In this document: piece after piece, positions 25,077 to 25,754 of the stretch
Layout: every line of letters begins with the position of its first letter
Numbering within the stretch: position 1 is the first letter of the stretch
From: Desulfobacterales bacterium
GTDB lineage: Bacteria; Desulfobacterota; Desulfobacteria; Desulfobacterales; Desulfosalsimonadaceae
DNA: 25,754 bases
Assembly (NCBI GenBank): GCA_046543065.1
Contig: JBKHAE010000048.1
Location: 1 to 25,754, forward strand
Direction of reading: 5' to 3'
Program-made: the position numbers and the translations under genes
Notes under the pieces: model-generated
The model's input: only the letters and a program-made list of their open reading frames with translations
The model's database searches: none
Told to the model about the DNA's origin: nothing

Positions 25077-25754
25077 ATGAACATTTTATTTTTCGGTCCG
25101 AACGGCAGCGGCAAAGGTACGCAGGGCGCTATTTTAAAGAAGAAATACAACATCCCCCATATCGAATCCGGCGCCATTTTCAGAGAAAATATCAAGGGCG
25201 GCACCGAACTGGGCAAACAGGCCAAGGCCTACATCGACAAAGGGGATCTGGTCCCCGATGATATCACCATCCCGATGATTCTTGACCGGCTGAAAGAAGA
25301 TGACTGCAAAAACGGCTGGCTCCTGGACGGATTCCCCCGGAATAAGAACCAGGCGGTAAAACTTCATGAGGCCTTGAAAAAAGAAAACATGAAACTCGAT
25401 ATCGTTATCGAAATGGAGCTTGACCGGGAAATCGCCAAAAACCGGATCATGGGCCGCCGCCTTTGCGTCAATGACAACAATCATCCAAACAATATCTATA
25501 TTGATGCCATCAAGCCGGATGGCGACAAATGCCGGGTATGCGGCGGCGAGCTTTCAAAACGCGATGACGACCAGGACGAGGCGGCCATCGACAAGCGTCA
25601 TGCTATCTACTATGATGACACGGAAGGTACGCTGGCAGCCGCCTATTATTTCCGGGATATTGCCGATAAGGAAGGCATCAAGTACATCACGCTTGATGGC
25701 AAGGCCAGCGTGGATGAAGTGGCGGATGAACTGGTTAAAAAGCTTGAGGCCTGA
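25077..25754 (+). CDS. adk: Adenylate kinase, long-LID form with Cys-X5-His-X15-Cys-X2-Cys metal motif
   Basis: P-loop GPNGSGKGTQ, LLDGFPR, and LID residues C130, H136, C152, C155. The TGA stop is the last codon of the window. Confidence 0.95.
   Translation: MNILFFGPNGSGKGTQGAILKKKYNIPHIESGAIFRENIKGGTELGKQAKAYIDKGDLVPDDITIPMILDRLKEDDCKNGWLLDGFPRNKNQAVKLHEALKKENMKLDIVIEMELDREIAKNRIMGRRLCVNDNNHPNNIYIDAIKPDGDKCRVCGGELSKRDDDQDEAAIDKRHAIYYDDTEGTLAAAYYFRDIADKEGIKYITLDGKASVDEVADELVKKLEA

Noticed and set aside
1-25754. CRISPR arrays, transposases, integrases, phage genes and known multi-gene defence systems.
   Set aside because: There are no regularly spaced direct repeats and no ORFs with DDE, tyrosine-recombinase or serine-recombinase motifs. 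All large ORFs are accounted for by housekeeping families, and the only accessory genes are the TA pair and the GxxExxY gene.

Overview
Mostly core-genome DNA from a moderately GC-rich bacterium. The protein signatures look like a sulfate-reducer or Desulfobacterota-type lineage, for example a Desulfovibrio-type metal-LID adenylate kinase and a PurS-PurL fusion; this assignment is inference. I call 24 intact protein genes and 1 disrupted gene. On the + strand these are a 5'-truncated FGGY sugar kinase, a DUF362 protein, a small antitoxin/ParE-like toxin pair, a LysM protein, cca and adk. On the - strand they are a Ste24-like M48 protease, an orphan GspE/PilB-type ATPase, purL-purQ, a disrupted GxxExxY gene, then a long co-directional housekeeping array (rho-rpmE-prfA-prmC, rpsB-tsf-pyrH-frr-uppS-cdsA-dxr-rseP) and coaE. 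I found no rRNA, tRNA, CRISPR array, transposase or integrase. I do not see a convincing novel multi-gene system. The most unusual signal is non-coding. The two small accessory insertions (the toxin-antitoxin (TA) islet at about 2.3-3.0 kb and the GxxExxY gene at about 11.2-11.6 kb) share the same short border motifs. The GxxExxY gene also sits between 15-bp perfect inverted repeats, which suggests a family of repeat-bounded micro-cassettes. Other points are an in-frame TGA in the GxxExxY gene, REP-like palindromes with compensatory changes inside the uppS-cdsA junction, a terminator-like hairpin 15 nt upstream of prfA, and the Cys-X5-His-X15-Cys-X2-Cys LID motif in adk. All family assignments rest on motif recognition by eye; no searches were run.
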